A stretch of 62,668 nucleotides of DNA, the filler included, from Globobulimina sp. (lineage: Eukaryota), in the NCBI GenBank assembly GCA_003354225.1. It is 16 parts of 16 records of this genome, joined end to end, with 100 filler letters (N's around TTAATTAATTAA, not from the genome) between each part and the next. Parts side by side here need not be neighbours in the genome. Positions count along the whole stretch, not along the records: positions 58,851 to 62,668 come from PIVH01002045.1; 15 more parts are not named here. One strand, 5' to 3'. Shown here in pieces: positions 60,657 to 62,668 of the stretch. The translations under genes and the position numbers were made by a program. How positions within the stretch are numbered: position 1 is the first letter of the stretch; every line of letters starts with the position of its first letter. Under the pieces are notes generated by a model. The model did no database searches. It worked only from the letters and a program-made list of their open reading frames with translations, and was not told the origin of the DNA.

Positions 60657-61373
60657 ATGGGTAAAAAAACATGGGGAGCACGTTGTAAATTTCTGCACAT
60701 TTCATTGTTGTTTCCAATATTATTATGTGTGGCAGGTGAAGATAGTTGTGATTATTGGGAATGTGATGGCTATAAAAGCACCAAAGAATTTAATGAGTAC
60801 AGAAATTGTTCATTAAACAGCCCATTATGGGAAGATGGAGAGATCTATGCTTGTGCATTTTGTCTGAGGAATGAACGTGGGAAATGTTGGTGTTCCACGA
60901 AACAGGATTGTGAGAGAAAAAATATGTTGGTAGTTGGTGTGGCAATGATGATATTGAGTGTGTTGTGTATTGCGATCATTTGGTATAAATATATAAGAAA
61001 AGTGAGACAAATGACAAAGGCAAAAAATCTATTACTTGAAAAAGAAAAACGTAGAAGGAAAAGGTTCAAGAAAAGGAGAAAGCGCAGAGACAGAGATCAG
61101 TCCCATTCTAGATCGGCTTATTCGATAACAATAACAAATTCAGCACTAAATATTGGTGGTGAGCGTTCATCGCAACTGTGTTCAAACTGTTCATCATCAA
61201 TGGAAGATATGCAATCTATTTCGAGCGCCATTGAGGAAAATATTATAACCATTAAAAGTGAAATAAATGAGGTTGGAAGATATAATGTCAAATGTATCTG
61301 TGTATGGATAATAACAATCATATGTTTTGTTGCATTCTTTTGCGGAGTAGGGACAATAATATATGGTGCATAA
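60657..61373 (+). CDS. Small membrane protein: signal peptide, Cys-rich ectodomain, TM, basic loop, second TM
   Basis: Hydropathy and composition only. Confidence 0.6.
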   Translation: MGKKTWGARCKFLHISLLFPILLCVAGEDSCDYWECDGYKSTKEFNEYRNCSLNSPLWEDGEIYACAFCLRNERGKCWCSTKQDCERKNMLVVGVAMMILSVLCIAIIWYKYIRKVRQMTKAKNLLLEKEKRRRKRFKKRRKRRDRDQSHSRSAYSITITNSALNIGGERSSQLCSNCSSSMEDMQSISSAIEENIITIKSEINEVGRYNVKCICVWIITIICFVAFFCGVGTIIYGA

Positions 61374-61610
61374 CGACATAAATTAGTTATTCATTGTTTA
61401 ATATTATAAACTATGTAAATTGTGATAAATATGTGATTTCTTGTACGCATCATATGCAGAAACAGTGAATCTCATTCGGCACAAATCGTGTACTGTTTGC
61501 TTCTGTTTCTGAATATTCATATACAAAGAAACATAATTTATTTAATGTATAAACATCCTATATTTACCAAGCAAGTAAATCGCACACTAAAAACAAGTAT
61601 ATATTTGAAA

Positions 61611-62668
61611 ATGCATTCAATCGTTGCTGCAACACTGGCAAAGAAAAAGCAGCAAAAAAAAGAACATTTGCTTGCCGATGACCTTGATATATTTAAGCCA
61701 ATCAATGAGATACATCCAGACTCAAATTTACTTGTACCAGGAACAGGACCATTACCGACCAAACAACACCAAGACACTACACAAGAATTAAAGATTCAGG
61801 AAGTTGAAAAAACACAATTTAAAATACGCCGTGTTGTTGATCATGCGATGATAAATATTTGTACGTACTGTCACTGGGATAAAATCAAGCAATTTCGCAA
61901 AGACAGACAGTTGTGTTCATATTTATTATTATACACAATATTAACATTTATTTTGGCAGTGATTGGCGGTGTAATATTTAATAAATGTGAATATGATCAT
62001 GAACATTTTCAAATTAATGCCAAACTAAAGTTATATGAAAAGATTAAAAGTGAACTACCTGAATCCTCATACAATGAACTGGATGAATTGCTCAATATGT
62101 GTGGTGTTCCAATGGTTCATGATGACAATAGATGGCGATTGAAAACAGCGACATTTTTTGCATTTACCACAGCATCAACCATTGGATATGGTTATACAAC
62201 GCCTCAGACATTTTGGGGCAGATTTAGTACATTTTTATATGGTTTGCCTGCAATTTGTGTATTTGGTTTAGCAATGGTGCAAATTGGCAGTGCTGTCGCA
62301 TATACGGTTGATAAACAAATCAAACATAGGCAAGAATCTCAAGTGTCATTCGGAATTACAAACTCTGATTGGTATAAACGTTGCTTCCCAGGGATTTCGA
62401 TTGAATTAAGGAGAACAGTTTTGGTGTTTGGATTATTATTGATTATGATAGTAATATCAGGTGGGATTTTTACGGTGGTTCAAAAGAATTGGACATATAC
62501 GGATGGCTTATATTTTATGTGGATATCAATCTCAACGATTGGATATGGCGACTTACGACCTAATGTTATTGAAACTAGGTTGTGGGCAAATGCTATGTTA
62601 TGGGTTGGATTAGCAATGACTGCGTTGGTCATTGGGGCTGCACAAGATTATTTTCAAAAGAAAATACA
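61611..62668 (+). CDS. Two-pore-domain (K2P) potassium channel, 3'-partial
   Basis: Open from ATG 61611 to the window end (absent from the ORF track). Two P-loops: FAFTTASTIGYG and WISISTIGYGD. Confidence 0.92.
   Translation, partial: MHSIVAATLAKKKQQKKEHLLADDLDIFKPINEIHPDSNLLVPGTGPLPTKQHQDTTQELKIQEVEKTQFKIRRVVDHAMINICTYCHWDKIKQFRKDRQLCSYLLLYTILTFILAVIGGVIFNKCEYDHEHFQINAKLKLYEKIKSELPESSYNELDELLNMCGVPMVHDDNRWRLKTATFFAFTTASTIGYGYTTPQTFWGRFSTFLYGLPAICVFGLAMVQIGSAVAYTVDKQIKHRQESQVSFGITNSDWYKRCFPGISIELRRTVLVFGLLLIMIVISGGIFTVVQKNWTYTDGLYFMWISISTIGYGDLRPNVIETRLWANAMLWVGLAMTALVIGAAQDYFQKKI

Overview
This is not one locus. It is 16 unrelated contigs (3826 down to 3818 bp, sorted by length) joined by 100-bp artificial spacers (N44-TTAATTAATTAA-N44), so adjacency across spacers is meaningless. 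Most DNA is from an AT-rich, gene-dense eukaryote using the standard code with short (about 43-120 nt) spliceosomal introns. Gene style suggests a rhizarian/foraminiferan protist (inference). Recognisable genes: HDAC, eIF5A-like, EXPERA protein, 2OG-Fe(II) oxygenase, CNBD channel, amidohydrolase, UVSSA, SepSecS, RCC1 protein, Seh1, GT2, AAAP transporter, CTL transporter, formin, sulfatase, aminopeptidase N, LKR/SDH and a K2P channel. Mobile DNA includes a CRE-like RLE retrotransposon, two APE-type LINEs, tyrosine-recombinase and Gag-like pieces, and a MITE. Several contigs carry bacterial chimeric ends, internal deletions and single-base frameshifts typical of amplified single-cell assemblies. 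The best candidate for a novel system is a cleanly spliced 5-exon, 387-aa globin + RGS-domain fusion (49209-50636, minus), a possible gas-sensing regulator of G-protein signalling. All family calls come from reading motifs by eye; no database searches were run.
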